A DNA stretch of 62,729 nucleotides from Rhina ancylostomus. Its lineage: Eukaryota. The notes below the pieces were generated by a model. It saw nothing but the letters and a program-made list of their open reading frames with translations, did not search any database and was not told the DNA's origin. The DNA lies in NCBI GenBank assembly GCA_030265395.1, contig JARFYF010000056.1:5206426-5269154 (forward strand), given 5' to 3'. Shown one piece after another: positions 50,292 to 62,729 of this stretch; positions within the stretch are counted from its first letter, which is position 1, and each line of letters begins with the position of its first letter. Both the position numbers and the translations under genes were made by a program.

Positions 50292-50690
50292 TTCTTCTAG
50301 AAGAATGAGAGGGGATTATATTGAAACCTACAAAATTCTGACATGGCTAGACAGAATGGATGTAGAGAGGATGCTTCGCCTGGCTGGAGTTCTTGAAACA
50401 GAAATCAATCTCAGAATAAGGGGCAAGTCACTTAGGATGAAGATGTAGAGAAATGTCTTCATGCAGTGGGAGGACGTAAATTTGTGGAATTCTCTACTAC
50501 AAAAGGCTGTGGAGACCAACTTGTTGAATATATTTAATAACAAAATAGATTTTTGGTCACAAAATGCATCACGGAATACTGTGGTAATATTGGAATTTGG
50601 TATTGAGATGGAGGATAACGCATGATTGTATTGAATGGCAAAGCAATCTTGAAAGGCTGAATGTCCTATACGCTCCTATTTTCTGTGGTT
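50292..50690 (+). mobile_element. CR1-type LINE 3' end
   Basis: RRMRGDYIETYKILTWLDRMDVERM; 3' UTR ATTGAATGGC...GGCTGAATGTCCTA...CTCCTATTTTCT. Confidence 0.8.
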
Positions 50691-50695
50691 TTAAA

Positions 50696-50940
50696 CGGTA
50701 GCGTAGCGGTTAGCGCAACGCTATTACAGCACCAGCGATCGGGGTTCGATTCCCATCACACAGACAGTTTGTACTTTCTCCCGTGTCTGCATGGGTTTCC
50801 TCTGGGTCCTCCGGTTTCCTCCCACATTCTAAAGATGTACAGGTAGGTTAATATGGGGTTTAAAATGGGTGGCGCGGACTCATGGGGCCATAACGGCCTG
50901 TTACCACGCTGTAAATAAAAATTTTTAAAAAATTAAAATC
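50696..50940 (+). mobile_element. SINE with tail type B
   Basis: CGGTAGCGTAGCGGTTAGC, B box GGGTTCGATTCCC, and the same tail as 21912-22200. Confidence 0.88.
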
Positions 50941-52627
50941 TCAAGTTCACTCATTATTGGACTTGGAAGTCTGTCCATGAGTTCATTTGCATAAAGACAA
51001 AATAATCCTTATTTCAGCCTTATCTTTGCTTTTTATGTTTGGAGCCACCAGCAAATGGCACTTGAGGGTTTCTTTTTACTAAATTTTTTATTTTAAATAT
51101 TTTCCATGAGATCCACTTTTAGTTCAATTCCTTGTGGGTGCATTTGGCCAATCTTCCTACAATCCTGTCTTCTAATGCTAGGGATCAGCCTTCCTAGCCT
51201 AAACATCGCCTTTGAGTGTAGCTGACCGGAACTGTGTACAATACTCAAAAGGAGTTCTTTTCATTTGCTCAAACTGGTTCAGAAATTCCTCCAGCATATT
51301 ACTGCAGGAAATTACTCTTAAATGGATGTTAAAAATGTAATAGTAATCTGCTCAAGAAATCCAGTTGTCCTCTAACTGTGATGACAAGAAAACTGATTGA
51401 AACCATCAAAAGAACACACACAAAAGCTCTTTCATCAAACCACCCTAGTTTGCTGGTGCCTGTGTTTCTCTTTTATCTCAATTGGCCTCTTTAAATGAAT
51501 TGTTTCCAATAGGTTGTCACTGTATTGTTATTTGCATAAGAACAATCACTTTCAAACGGTCATCCCCAGAAAGACATATTACCCTTTTACAATTCTCTGG
51601 GGTGGAACAAGACTGCCACAAGGATTCACTCCAAAAATCAAAGCTGCTTAATGTTACAAAATGTCCTACTGGTTTGAAAGCAGAAACATCCTTTACTATT
51701 TTCAAAACAAACACATTTTTCATGCAACATTTGAATTTATCCACATTTACAAAGAGGAATATAACAAAATTCAATTAAATGCAGAGCCTTTTTTCACTAT
51801 TGCTTAATATTCCTGGGTCAGTGAGGTCAAGGTGCATTTGTTGAGTAAAGGTATTGTGGCTTAGATGACCAGGATTTGACTCTCGCTAATAGGGATCAAC
51901 AATATGTGCATCACAAACCAGAAAGTTGACTGGTAAGCTGTACAAAGCAATATTGTCACAAATTAACATTTTGTATTTGACTATCACTTATTGTTGGGTT
52001 TTAAAGAAAATAAGTTAAGCCAAAAATAGATATAAGGACTTAGAAAAAAAATCACCGGAAAATCAGAAGCACATGAATTGGGTGTGATGACCCATGTCCA
52101 ACTTTGATTTGCACTCCTGATCCTCATCCACCATTACCACCACCCCCACCTCCCATGTAGCCCAGCTGTGCACTTTTCACCTAAATCGGCTGTATAAACC
52201 TTTTCTAACACTGGGGAATGTCCACATGCAAAACTCTGTAAGCCTGACTCAGGCAACATTGAAGCTGCTAACCCCTATATTTGAACGTATTCAAAATGTA
52301 AATGGAATGAGCTTCGTCAGCCTCAACACATCAAGGTATCAGTCTTACCTAAAAAACACCAGAATCTTAACTCTGATTAACATAGATAACAATTTGCTTG
52401 ATCTTTCTCTTATCCAGTGCATCAACCTGAAATCTTGTAAATGGAAATCTAGTTTTAAGTTCCTGGAGCGTTTCAACTCTAACCAGAGGTGGAACTCTAA
52501 ATCAGTTATTTAGATGTAAAGCAATTTAATTTAGAAATGCATTACTGTTCACTGACACTTTAATAAACCAATACCAGGTGGATGATTCACTGCTGAAAGA
52601 TGCATTTTTGACTAAAGTTGACATTGA

Positions 52628-52755
52628 ATTATATTGAAACTCACAAAATTCTGACATGGCTAGACAGAATGGATGTAGAGAGGATGCTTCACCTGGCTAG
52701 AGTTCTTGAAACACAAATCAGTCTCACAATAAGGGGCAAGTCACTTAGGATGAAG
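52628..52755 (+). repeat. Local duplicate of 50316-50442
   Basis: About 128 bp with only a handful of mismatches by eye. Confidence 0.88.
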
Positions 52756-52882
52756 GCCAAGACTCCTCCCGAAACGTCAACTGTCTATTTCCCTCCATAG
52801 ATGCTGACTGACCTGCTGAGTTCCTCTAGCACTTTTTGTGTATTGCTCCAGATTCCAGTATCTGCAGAACTTTTTTGTATTT
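52750..52882 (+). mobile_element. Penelope-like terminal repeat (3' half of hammerhead plus tail)
   Basis: GATGAAGG...CCCGAAACGTCAACTG followed by CCTCCATAGATGCTG...CTCCAGATTCCAGTATCTGCAG. Confidence 0.8.
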
Positions 52883-53284
52883 CAATAACGGATGATGAGT
52901 TATAATAATAATGAGTGCTCCCTGCAATTAGTCATAATTGCAGTAATAATACTTGGGTGCAGACTAAACATTTACAATGGCTGTCCAGTGCAAACTCAGC
53001 ATAGGTTTTATATCTGTCTCAATTTCATATTTTTTTCCTAACCCAACAAGGTAATTGGTTTTGCTGGAGTGGATAACACCTCTTATTTAGAAATGTTACA
53101 TGGAAATAGCAACACAGATAAAGCTGTGATGTCCAACCCATTCTATGTTGTTTTTATATCCTTCATAGAAGCAGAGATTATCGTCTCATCTGCCACCCTG
53201 TCTTTATTTACCTCTATATTGCTCTTCTTCGGCACCCACCTATCTGCTTCACTGGAGGAAGGATGTAATCACATTTGACTTGGC

Positions 53285-53720
53285 TCAGAGGAGATTTACA
53301 AGGACATTGCCAGAAATGGAGAAATCCAGTTTTGTGGAAATAGTGACTAAGTTGAAGTTGTATTCTTCAGAGCAGAGGAGGTTGAGGGAAAATGTGATTG
53401 ATGTGCATAAAATTATCATTGGCTAGACAGGATGTAAAGGAAGTCAGGAAAAATGTTGCACAGATTTAAGGTACTGAGTAGCATTAAATAGAGTTCAAGA
53501 GTTTTTGAACCCAAAGAGTAGTGTGTGTCTGGAAATCACTGTTTAAGAGGTTAAAGGAGGCAGCACACTCACCATATTTAAAAAATACCTGGATGACTCA
53601 ACATTGTGTGACCTACATGGCAAGATATTGAAATGGGATTTCAATTCAATTGGCCTTTTTTTGCCAGCATGGACTCAGTAAGGTAACCAGGCACCTTCTG
53701 TGCTGTAAGTTTCTATGATT
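53285..53720 (+). mobile_element. Old CR1 3' fragment
   Basis: QRRFTRTLPEM...LYSSEQRRLRENVIDVHKI. Confidence 0.7.
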
Positions 53721-54889
53721 AAGTTACTAATTCCATTCCACTGCCTCACAACTACCAAAGGCAGACAAATTCCTTTAGAGACTGGCCAGATGGTTCCAAA
53801 CCACTAAATACATTCAGATCAGTCTTAGCTCCAAATAATACAGGGCTTTGGATGAACATGTGGAGGTCTGTTCCAATAACTCAAAATTAGCTCTTGAATC
53901 TGTCATAAACTAGTCCTTGGCATAACAATGTAAGGCAACAAAATGACATAGCAAGTATACAAATCTAAAAAAATGTTTGCAAAATATAAACCATTTGTAA
54001 CGTTTGTCTATGGAAACCCTTATGGTGCAGGGGATGCAAATTCTAGGTTTAATTAGTTATCATAAACCCTATTACTGGGAGCTAATGAACATTGGGATTA
54101 AAGGTTCTATCTGTCGTAAAACATCAGTCCACTTACAAGGTTGTATTAAGTTAAAATATCAAGGTCCTAAGACTATGCATAAACTGTTCTGTGTAGACCT
54201 GGACTGAATTAGTTTGCTTTGTTCAGTTTATTTTTGTCACCTATAGCTGAACAGCTTCCTGTATTCTTAGAGTTTGAAATGTGAAATTAAAGCAAATACA
54301 TGACCTTGAATGTTGTAGAAAATTGGGTATGACTGAATTACACACAGAACTATAAGATCCATCAATCTCTTCAGCTTTCAACTGCTCTGTAAAATATATC
54401 TCAACTCATTGTAAAGGCTCTGTACCACACCCTCCAGTTTAAAGCTGGAAAGCCATACTTTCCAATCACAATAGTGAAAAGAAGATTTGAAATTAAGCCC
54501 AGAATTTAAGATGCAGCAATAAATAAAACTGTTTGTTCTGGCATTTGTCATTACTTTTTGAAGACTTAAAAAAATCTTCACTTGACCTTTACCATATTTT
54601 CTGGTTCACTCAACTAATTTTTATCCCATCAATTAAAGTCAGATTGAAAAGCCTTTGTAATTGCTGCTCCTTAAGCTATCTGGAGTTTGCTTCTGTTGAT
54701 TAGATTAATAAAATTCAGGCAAAAGTGGATGAATCAATTCAAATGATCACAGAACTTTAAATACTTGTTAGATCTTCATCCATGATCTTTTACATTGGTT
54801 CAAGATTCACCTCACCTGAATCAGTCTGCCAACAAACCGACCATGTCCCAATATGAAAATTGTGATAAACAGTATTAATTTAAGACCTC

Positions 54890-57450
54890 ACCAGTTCCCT
54901 GTAGATTACCATACTGATCCTGAAGAGGACCCAAGCTATTCTTTTACTTGTAATATTTTTATAGAATCTTTTAGGATTCTCCTTTATCTTTCTTGCCAAC
55001 AATATCTCATGGTACCTTTTCTGCCCTCCTAATTTCCTCCTTAAATTTACTCCTACATCCCTTATACTCTTCAAGGGACTCACTTGTTCCCAGCTGTCTA
55101 TACCTGACATATACCTTCTTCTTTTTCCTGACCAGATTCTCAACATCCCTCGACAACCAAGGACACCAATCTTACCAGTCTTGCCCCTCACTTTAACAGT
55201 GTGGAGGAACAGAGGGATCTTGGGGTCCATGTCCATAGTTCCCTAGATCCCTCAAGGCTGCCATGCAGATCGATAGGGTCATTAAGAAGGCATATGGTGT
55301 GTTGGCCTTCATTAGTTGGGGTATTGAGTTCAAGAGCCACAAGGTGATGTTGCTGGTCTATAGAACTCTGGTTAGACCACACTTGGAGTATTGTGTTCAG
55401 TTCTGGTTGCCTCATTATAGGAAGGATGTGGAANNNNNNNNNNNNNNNNNNNNNNNNNNNNNNNNNNNNNNNNNNNNNNNNNNNNNNNNNNNNNNNNNNN
55501 NNNNNNNNNNNNNNNNNNNNNNNNNNNNNNNNNNNNNNNNNNNNNNNNNNNNNNNNNNNNNNNNNNNNNNNNNNNNNNNNNNNNNNNNNNNNNNNNNNNN
55601 NNNNNNNNNNNNNNNNNNNNNNNNNNNNNNNNNNNNNNNNNNNNNNNNNNNNNNNNNNNNNNNNNNNNNNNNNNNNNNNNNNNNNNNNNNNNNNNNNNNN
55701 NNNNNNNNNNNNNNNNNNNNNNNNNNNNNNNNNNNNNNNNNNNNNNNNNNNNNNNNNNNNNNNNNNNNNNNNNNNNNNNNNNNNNNNNNNNNNNNNNNNN
55801 NNNNNNNNNNNNNNNNNNNNNNNNNNNNNNNNNNNNNNNNNNNNNNNNNNNNNNNNNNNNNNNNNNNNNNNNNNNNNNNNNNNNNNNNNNNNNNNNNNNN
55901 NNNNNNNNNNNNNNNNNNNNNNNNNNNNNNNNNNNNNNNNNNNNNNNNNNNNNNNNNNNNNNNNNNNNNNNNNNNNNNNNNNNNNNNNNNNNNNNNNNNN
56001 NNNNNNNNNNNNNNNNNNNNNNNNNNNNNNNNNNNNNNNNNNNNNNNNNNNNNNNNNNNNNNNNNNNNNNNNNNNNNNNNNNNNNNNNNNNNNNNNNNNN
56101 NNNNNNNNNNNNNNNNNNNNNNNNNNNNNNNNNNNNNNNNNNNNNNNNNNNNNNNNNNNNNNNNNNNNNNNNNNNNNNNNNNNNNNNNNNNNNNNNNNNN
56201 NNNNNNNNNNNNNNNNNNNNNNNNNNNNNNNNNNNNNNNNNNNNNNNNNNNNNNNNNNNNNNNNNNNNNNNNNCACATATGCTCTTTTAATTTCTGCTGA
56301 CTATGGGGGCTGAGGGGGGAGTCTATATTATAATCCCAGCAAAGTGATCACCCCTTTGTTATTTTGAAGTTCTACCCGTACGGCTTTGCTGGATGTTCCC
56401 CCTGGGATTTCCGCTCTATGTGCTGCTGTGATGTTCTCCCGAATCAAAAGTGCAAATCCCCCTCCTTGCTTACCTCCACCTCTTTCACAACAGAAACATC
56501 AGTACCCTGGGACATTGAGCTGCCAGTCCTGCCCATCCCTCAATGATATTTTTGTAATAGCAATAATATCACAGTCCCATGTGCCAATCCATGGTCTGAG
56601 TTCACCTGCCTTATCTTTGAGCCTTCTTGCATTAAAGTAAATGCAGTGTAGTCTATCAGACCTTCCACACTTCCTGTCTTGCCCTGCCTGTCCTGCCTAC
56701 TGGACTTGCTTGCTTTAACCTCTATATTTGGTTCAATTTGCTTATCTAATACACTACTACATTAGGTCCCACCTCCCTGCTGCTTGCCTAGACTTTGACT
56801 TTCCCTACTGTGCAACAGAACCAGTCATGGTGCACTGATCTGGCTGCTGCCATTGCTTTCCCCTGACAGAACATTCCCCCCAACAATATCCAAAGTTTTA
56901 TGGCTGTTAAAGAGGGGAATAGCCACAGGGGAATCCTGCACTACCCATCCTGGCAATCACCCATCTATCTGGCTGAACCTGTGGTGTGACCACCTCCCTG
57001 ATACTCCAATCTATAATACTTTCTGTCTCCTTTATGATCCTCAGTGAGTCCAACTGCTGCTCCAACTGATCCAGGCTGTCTGAGAGGAGCTGCAGCTGGA
57101 CACTCTTCCTGCAAATGTAGTCGTTAGGGACATTTGACCTCTCCCTGATCTCCCACATTTCACAGGAGGAGCATACCACTCAACTGACTACCAATTCTAC
57201 CTCTAAAATTAGTACATCAAAATCTCTGCACTTAAACATGCACAGCGCTTCCACCTCAAAACGCCCATCTCAAAAGGCTACTCTGCTCGAGCTTGCCTCC
57301 TTTTTATATGTTGGGCCTTGCTTGTTAGGCCTATCGAGAGCAAAATGCAGTTAATCTTACTTTGCTCAGCCAGTTTAAGAGTTCCCTCCTCAATCTGCTC
57401 ACCGGGCCTGCGGTGGGAAAAAGCAGTTCATCTTAACTGGCTCAGCCTTT
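54890..57450 (-). mobile_element. CR1 LINE 5' half (5' UTR, ORF1, endonuclease region) with an inverted internal piece and a gap
   Basis: ORF 56907-57179 VCSSCEMWE...YICRKSVQLQLLSDSLDQLEQQLDSLRII resembles the CR1 ORF1 zinc finger/leucine zipper. WDCDIIAIT near 56560 is endonuclease-like. LARKIKENPKRFYK near 54980. Confidence 0.85.
55195..55433 (+). mobile_element. CR1 ORF2 C-terminal fragment in opposite orientation
   Basis: VEEQRDLGVHVH...KKAYGVLAFISWGIEFKSHKVMLLVYRTLVRPHLEYCVQFWLPHYRKDVE. Confidence 0.9.
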
Positions 57451-58834
57451 ATTACAAGTCTCGTCTGCAATGAAATTATAAAATGGTTCCTTGCATTTTC
57501 TCTTACATCTTATTTTATGAAGAGATAGTGAACTTGTTTTTTCAAAAAACACGTACAATGCTATTCATAAGTGAAAAATGAAAATCCTTATTTTTGGTAA
57601 TAAACTCAGCTTTAGCTTTGTTAATAAATTGGTCCAAGCATGTACAATTTCAAGATGAGTTTGGATGCAATTCTTAAAACAGAAATACGACCTTGCTATG
57701 ACTAACCTATCTCAAAATGGGGTGAAATTTAAAGGAAGAATGTATAGTTGTGACTTTGGTGCTTTCCTTGGACTTTGTGGTTTACCCCAGCTTTATTGAT
57801 TTGCAGATGATGTTAATAAGGAGAGACTTCAGGTGTTTCCCATCTCATCTGCTCATCATCCCTCAGTAGCATCATCCTAAAATTCTCCCCTCAGAATGAA
57901 ATGTAAAAGACCCAGGAAATGTTACATCTGTATCACCATCAATGGCTATTTGTGAATGGCAAAGCTCGGCAGCCATGAAACTGACATATCTGGATACGGA
58001 GATCATCAACAGCTACCACTTCTCTGTCAGAAAGATATTACATATGCAACGTATCCTCAAGATAGTTAAGGATCTTAAGGATTCCTAATTCAAGTATCCA
58101 GTTTAAGTTTTTGTTAGTGCATTGGCAAATGAGATTTTCAGGAAACATATGTTAGTGGAACCTAATCTTGGGTGTAGTTCTGCATTGTGCCATTAAAGGA
58201 AATTCCAGGCCGGCTTCCAACTGCATACAGTGGCAAATATTTTTTTGTCACATTCATGGGAACTGATAGGAAAACAATGAGTCAAATTGCCAAATTATAC
58301 TGCAGTGTTACAAAGCCTCTCTGAAAAGGTGCTTCCACAAATCGGCTAATAGTGAACCTGTTTTTTTCAGAAACATGGGCAAGGTTACGAGGCATTTTTG
58401 AAGCTTAGAATTAAGGTGCAGAAATTCCGGCACCTCTCAACCAAAAACCAGTTTCCCAATAAAACCCCTAAACAAAGTGACCATGTCTTGCAGTTTGACT
58501 GTATCTGTGGTAATTTACCTGGCAGAGAAATGGTCATTTCCCTAATGGCTATTAATGCTTTTCACATACCAAGGCTGCACTTGGGTTTTAGCTATTCACA
58601 GGTAACCAATGTATATTCAGATGCTTTGAATTTGATACTGATATGGATGCTGTTTCTGTTGGTTTAAGTTTTTTACTTCAGATATACACTTTACAGTAGA
58701 AACTTATGTGTGAAGAACTCTACTTCAGTTATTGTACTCCTAAATTTACTTAGGTGAGATAATGGTGAGATTCTGACTCATTTTCAACTCTCTGTCAAGG
58801 TTAGTTTCAAACAGATTTCCTATTAGAACTGTAC

Positions 58835-58942
58835 CTGGAATAAAATAAGAACAGATAATGCTGTAAGTATTCAACAGATTGGACCACGTCTCTGGGAAGA
58901 GAAACAGAGTTAACTTCTCAGATTGAAGACCCTTTGTCAGTT
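58835..58942 (-). mobile_element. Old Penelope-like terminal fragment
   Basis: Reverse complement AA-CTGACAA-AGGGTCTTCAATCT-GAGAAGTTAACTCTG is a degenerate hammerhead. Confidence 0.55.
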
Positions 58943-58979
58943 TTTTTGATTTTCCCAGGATTGATAAATAAATTCTGAA

Positions 58980-60035
58980 CTCAGTACTGAAAGACCAACC
59001 CCTTACTTTGAGACTGTTATCCCTGGTTCTAGAGACCTAAGCCAAGAGAAGCATCAACCCTGCATCTATCCCATCAAGCCCCATAAGAATTTTTATGTTT
59101 CAGTGAAATCACCACTCATTCTTCTCAATTCTTAAGTATGCTTCATCACTGCTTATGGCACAATTACCCAATCTCAGAATGAATCTGATGAATCTGCATT
59201 GTTCCACCTCTACTGCAACTATATCCTTCCTATGATAGGGAGGCCTGACCTGCACACAATATCCCATTCAGCCTAACCTGATATAATTTCAGTAAAATGT
59301 ATTCACCTTTGTGCTCAAATCCTCTTGCAATAAAGGCCAATATATCCTTTGCCATCCCAATTCCAATCAAACGTTTACAAGGGCACCCAGGTCCCTCTGA
59401 ACATTAACAATTTTCAAACTCTCACCATTTAAAAAATACTCTGCATTTCTATTTTTCCTACCCAAACAGATGTCATTTTTCCCCACATTTTACCACTTAT
59501 GCCCTGTCTTCACCCACTTAGCCTGCCTAGATCCCTTTAAATCATTACTACATCCTCCTCACATATCACACTGCCACCCTGCTTTGTACCCTCAGCAAAC
59601 CTGGATATATTACACTTGGTCCTCTCTTCCAAATCATAGGATGGGATATAGATTATGAGCAGCTGGGTCCCCCAGCACTGATTCCTGTGGCAATCCAGGA
59701 GCTATACTTTCCCAACCATAAAATCACCCATTTGTTCCTATTTCCTTTTTTCTGTTCATTCACCAATTCTCATCTATACCAGTATATTACCACCAAACCA
59801 TGTATTCCATTATTGTTTAATAATGAGCCACACCATACAGAAGGCTTTCTGAAAGTCTAAATGCACCATATCCACTGGTTCCCCCTTTCTTGTCTGCTAG
59901 CTACAATGTCAAGAATCTTTTTCAAACATGAGTTCCCTTTCATAAGCTCACATCCCCAATTCTATCAGTTTCTAAGCGGCCTATTACAGCTTCTAACCTT
60001 CTTGCTCTGATTGAGGTCAAGCCAACTGGTCTGTA
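58980..60035 (-). mobile_element. Old CR1-type LINE fragment
   Basis: Homologous to 2300-2650; contains the reverse complement of a PQESVLGDP segment (variant of the RT PQGSVLGP motif) near 59660-59690. Confidence 0.75.
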
Positions 60036-60049
60036 GTGCCACTCACTGG

Positions 60050-60365
60050 GCGACACAGTGAGCTACTGCCTCACAGCTGCAAACCTGACCTCTGGCGCTA
60101 TCTGTGTAGAGGATACACATTCTCCCTATGACTGCATGAATTTCCTCTGGGTGCTGCAGTTTCCTCCCACATCCCAAAAATGTGCAGGTTGGTAGGTTAA
60201 TTGGCCATTAGAAATTGCCCATTGTATATAGGTGTGTGTTAGATGGGGATGTGGAGAGAATAAAATGGGATTGGTGTAAGATCGGATGAATGAGTGTTTG
60301 ATAATTAGTGTGGTCTTGGTGGGCCAAAGTGCCTGTTTCCGTGATGTGTAGCTCTATCACTCTAC
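60050..60365 (+). mobile_element. HE1-like V-SINE with CR1-type tail (type C)
   Basis: GCTACTGCCTCACAGC head; GGTAGGTTAATTGGCCATTAGAAATTGCCC V-domain-like segment; tail GGGCCAAAGTGCCTGTTTCCGTGATGT...CTCTA. Confidence 0.8.
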
Positions 60366-62137
60366 AAATCACTTCATTACCTCTGACAGATATCATTACA
60401 TGGCTTTTATCTTCACTTTGACTTTTGAGATGCAGCTTGCACATCTGCAGGGGGACACTGAAGTCTTCTTCTTTACAGCCAGGAATCTATTGAAAGTGCA
60501 GGCTGTGGGGATCACAAGGGATCATGCACCTTTGCCCTTGGTTATAGTTAACTACAGTGATGGTAAGATGAAAGTTGCTACAAAAGTCACCAGTGGATAA
60601 CAATATCACAGGGGACAAGAAACTGCCATAAAATACAGTGCATCAGCCCTTGTCGGTGAACTTGAGATCAATTGTCTTTGTCCATTGGACCAAATCAAAG
60701 CTGTTAAACTGCTGCTTTTTATGATGTGTCAGAAGGTATTTTGCAGTATGACTTGAGACCGTAAAAAATAATCACTGTCTACATGAACTCAGGAAACAAC
60801 TCTAACAAGCTACCTTCACTGCAGGACTGGTACAGGTCTAGTTTAATTCAGTCACTCAAAACTAATTCCTGTGGGTAAAACAATTTAGAATAGTCAATAT
60901 GAATGTTATCTAAAACTTCCAATGTAGTTCTAGTAGAATTCAGTGCTAGCACTGATGTAAGCTTTTGACAGTTTTCGACCTATATCAGCATAAATTAATA
61001 CTGGCTGTCAAAACACATCGATTGTTCAAATGACCTAGAAGGCAAAGGGGTATCAATGTCACCCCCAATTATCATCCCAATTAGTGGCTTTGTTTCCAGT
61101 ACCATTTTGGGAGTGCAGCTAGAATTGTTACAGAGGTCGGTTTATTAGTCTCAAAATTAATAGCCCNNNNNNNNNNNNNNNNNNNNNNNNNNNNNNNNNN
61201 NNNNNNNNNNNNNNNNNNNNNNAGGTTATAGGACTATTTCATTGTCAACATGCTGTTTAAGAGTTGGATTATTTAAGAGCTCACATCACTTTGTAGTTTC
61301 TGGTATATACACATGCACAATTCCATGGACACAACATCTACAAAAAAAGTAACACCTATTTATTTCTCTATTCCTTCAAAGCCATAGTCTCATTTTTGAC
61401 TCCAAAATGGAAGTTCCCCCAACCCAAAAACTGACAGCTGCCTGTAATTCACTCTGGAAATCCATCCTGCAAACTTCCTTGCATCTCCCTCCTCGAAAAC
61501 CACAGCCTTGACCGAGTCTATTGTCAACCCTTTCAATATTCCTCTTTGGTTCAATGCCCATATTTTAACTTTGCCCTCTACAAAGCACTTTGGGACTTTT
61601 TTTGTATTGTATATGCTATACTGATCCTGACTCACTCACTGTTGTGTAACTTGATGTGTACTTTATCAGGGTATGTCACCTGAGTATGTAACTAACATTT
61701 TACTCAGTATGCTTCTGCTATCTTATATAGAGATCTAACATACCTACAACAAGGGCAGGTTTTATTTGGAAAGGCATTTGTGATGGCTTCCATTTGCCAG
61801 AAGCGTGTGAGGCAATAAACTGCTCCTTTACTAATTAAAGGCAAAGGTCATGGGGGTCAAAGTTGTCAGACAATGTGATACAGCTGTTTATTGCTATTTT
61901 ACACGTGAAGAGTTTCTGAGCCAAAAAAGAGGGACAGCACCCATATCAGCAAAGGGCAAATAAACTGCCAGCGAATGGAGTGATTGAAGGAGGAGAAAGG
62001 GAATGTATGAACAAAGGAGTTCTTGAGTCAATCTATTTCAAATTTAAATGTTGGTTGTAACTCTCCCGTACAAGTGAGCTGCTAGAGTAATGTGCCTTAA
62101 CAGCAACCTCCAAAACCAGTCTTTTTTTCATCTTTTC

Positions 62138-62440
62138 TTCAATAACAACAACTTCCTTTTATATACCACATTGAGAGTATAAAGGGGATCCAAAGCCCCC
62201 TCACAACAAAAACAAAAATGACATTTTGTTACATAAGGGTTGTTGAACATAAAATTGGTTAGTGTTAAGTTTTAAGGAGTCACTTCAAGGAGGAATGAGA
62301 CATAGAGAGGCTTAGAGAGAGAATTCCTGATCTCAGGATCTTGGCAGCTGTACGCAGGCCTGCCGTTGGTGGGGTAATTAAAAATGAGGCCAGAACTGGA
62401 GGAGCACAGAGATATGGGACTGGAGGAGATTAAGGAGATT
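62138..62440 (-). mobile_element. L2-like LINE 3' fragment
   Basis: AACAACAACTTCCTTTTATATACC...TTTTAAGGAGTCACTTCAAGGAGGA...GAGAGAATTCC. Confidence 0.5.
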
Positions 62441-62469
62441 ACCATGGAGTGATTTGAAAAAAGTTACCA

Positions 62470-62690
62470 GGAGATGAGAAGGGGTGGGTGGGAAGGAATA
62501 AAACCAGGGAATCGTAAAGAAAGAAGTCTCTATGGAAAGAAGAAAAGGGAAGATGTGACTGGTGGTGGAATCATATTGGAGTTGGCGGAAATGGCGGAGC
62601 ATGTTTGTGTTGGATGCAGAGGCTGGTGGGGTGAAAGGTGAAGACCAAGGGAACTCTATAACCGATCTGTCTGGGGAGGGGCGGGGGGGT
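62470..62690 (-). mobile_element. Penelope-like ORF fragment (region between RT and GIY-YIG)
   Basis: Frameshifted RVPLVFTFHPTSLCIQH / LRHFRQLQYDSTTSHIFP / FHRDFFLYDSLV resembles the vertebrate PLE protein segment as I recall it. Confidence 0.75.
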
Positions 62691-62729
62691 CATCTCAAGC
62701 TTCCAGTCACATGTTATTTTAACTCTCCT

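Noticed and set aside
51562-51606. CCCCAGA...TCTGGGG hairpin as a possible miRNA or snoRNA
   Set aside because: Only about 7 contiguous pairs, and no recognisable mature sequence or box motifs.
55188-56313. Longest ORFs in the track (287-362 aa)
   Set aside because: Mostly X from an N gap; the real residues are CR1 ORF2.

Overview
Repeat-rich vertebrate genomic DNA from a gapped draft assembly. The repeat families (HE1-like V-SINEs, Deu-domain SINE, CR1, Rex1/Babar, RTE, Penelope) point to a cartilaginous fish (shark or ray); this is an inference. One complete protein-coding gene is present on the + strand: olfactomedin-like 2A (OLFML2A, photomedin-1). It has 8 coding exons from 5677 to 41019, all introns GT-AG with consistent phases, 1890 nt, 629 aa, preceded by a CpG-island promoter containing a consensus CTCF motif. 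Nearly all other ORFs in the track are transposon fragments or chance ORFs. The most interesting non-genic signal is more than a dozen Penelope-like element (PLE) terminal fragments carrying minimal type I hammerhead ribozyme motifs. Many sit in head-to-head palindromes, six arms share a non-canonical core (consensus CUGAUGCA), and two are fused to copies of DNA found 1-2 kb upstream. A tRNA-derived SINE family appears with three different 3' tails. PLE hammerheads are a known phenomenon; the core variant and the local capture events are my inferences and need testing. Repeat boundaries were read by eye and are approximate. No database searches were run.
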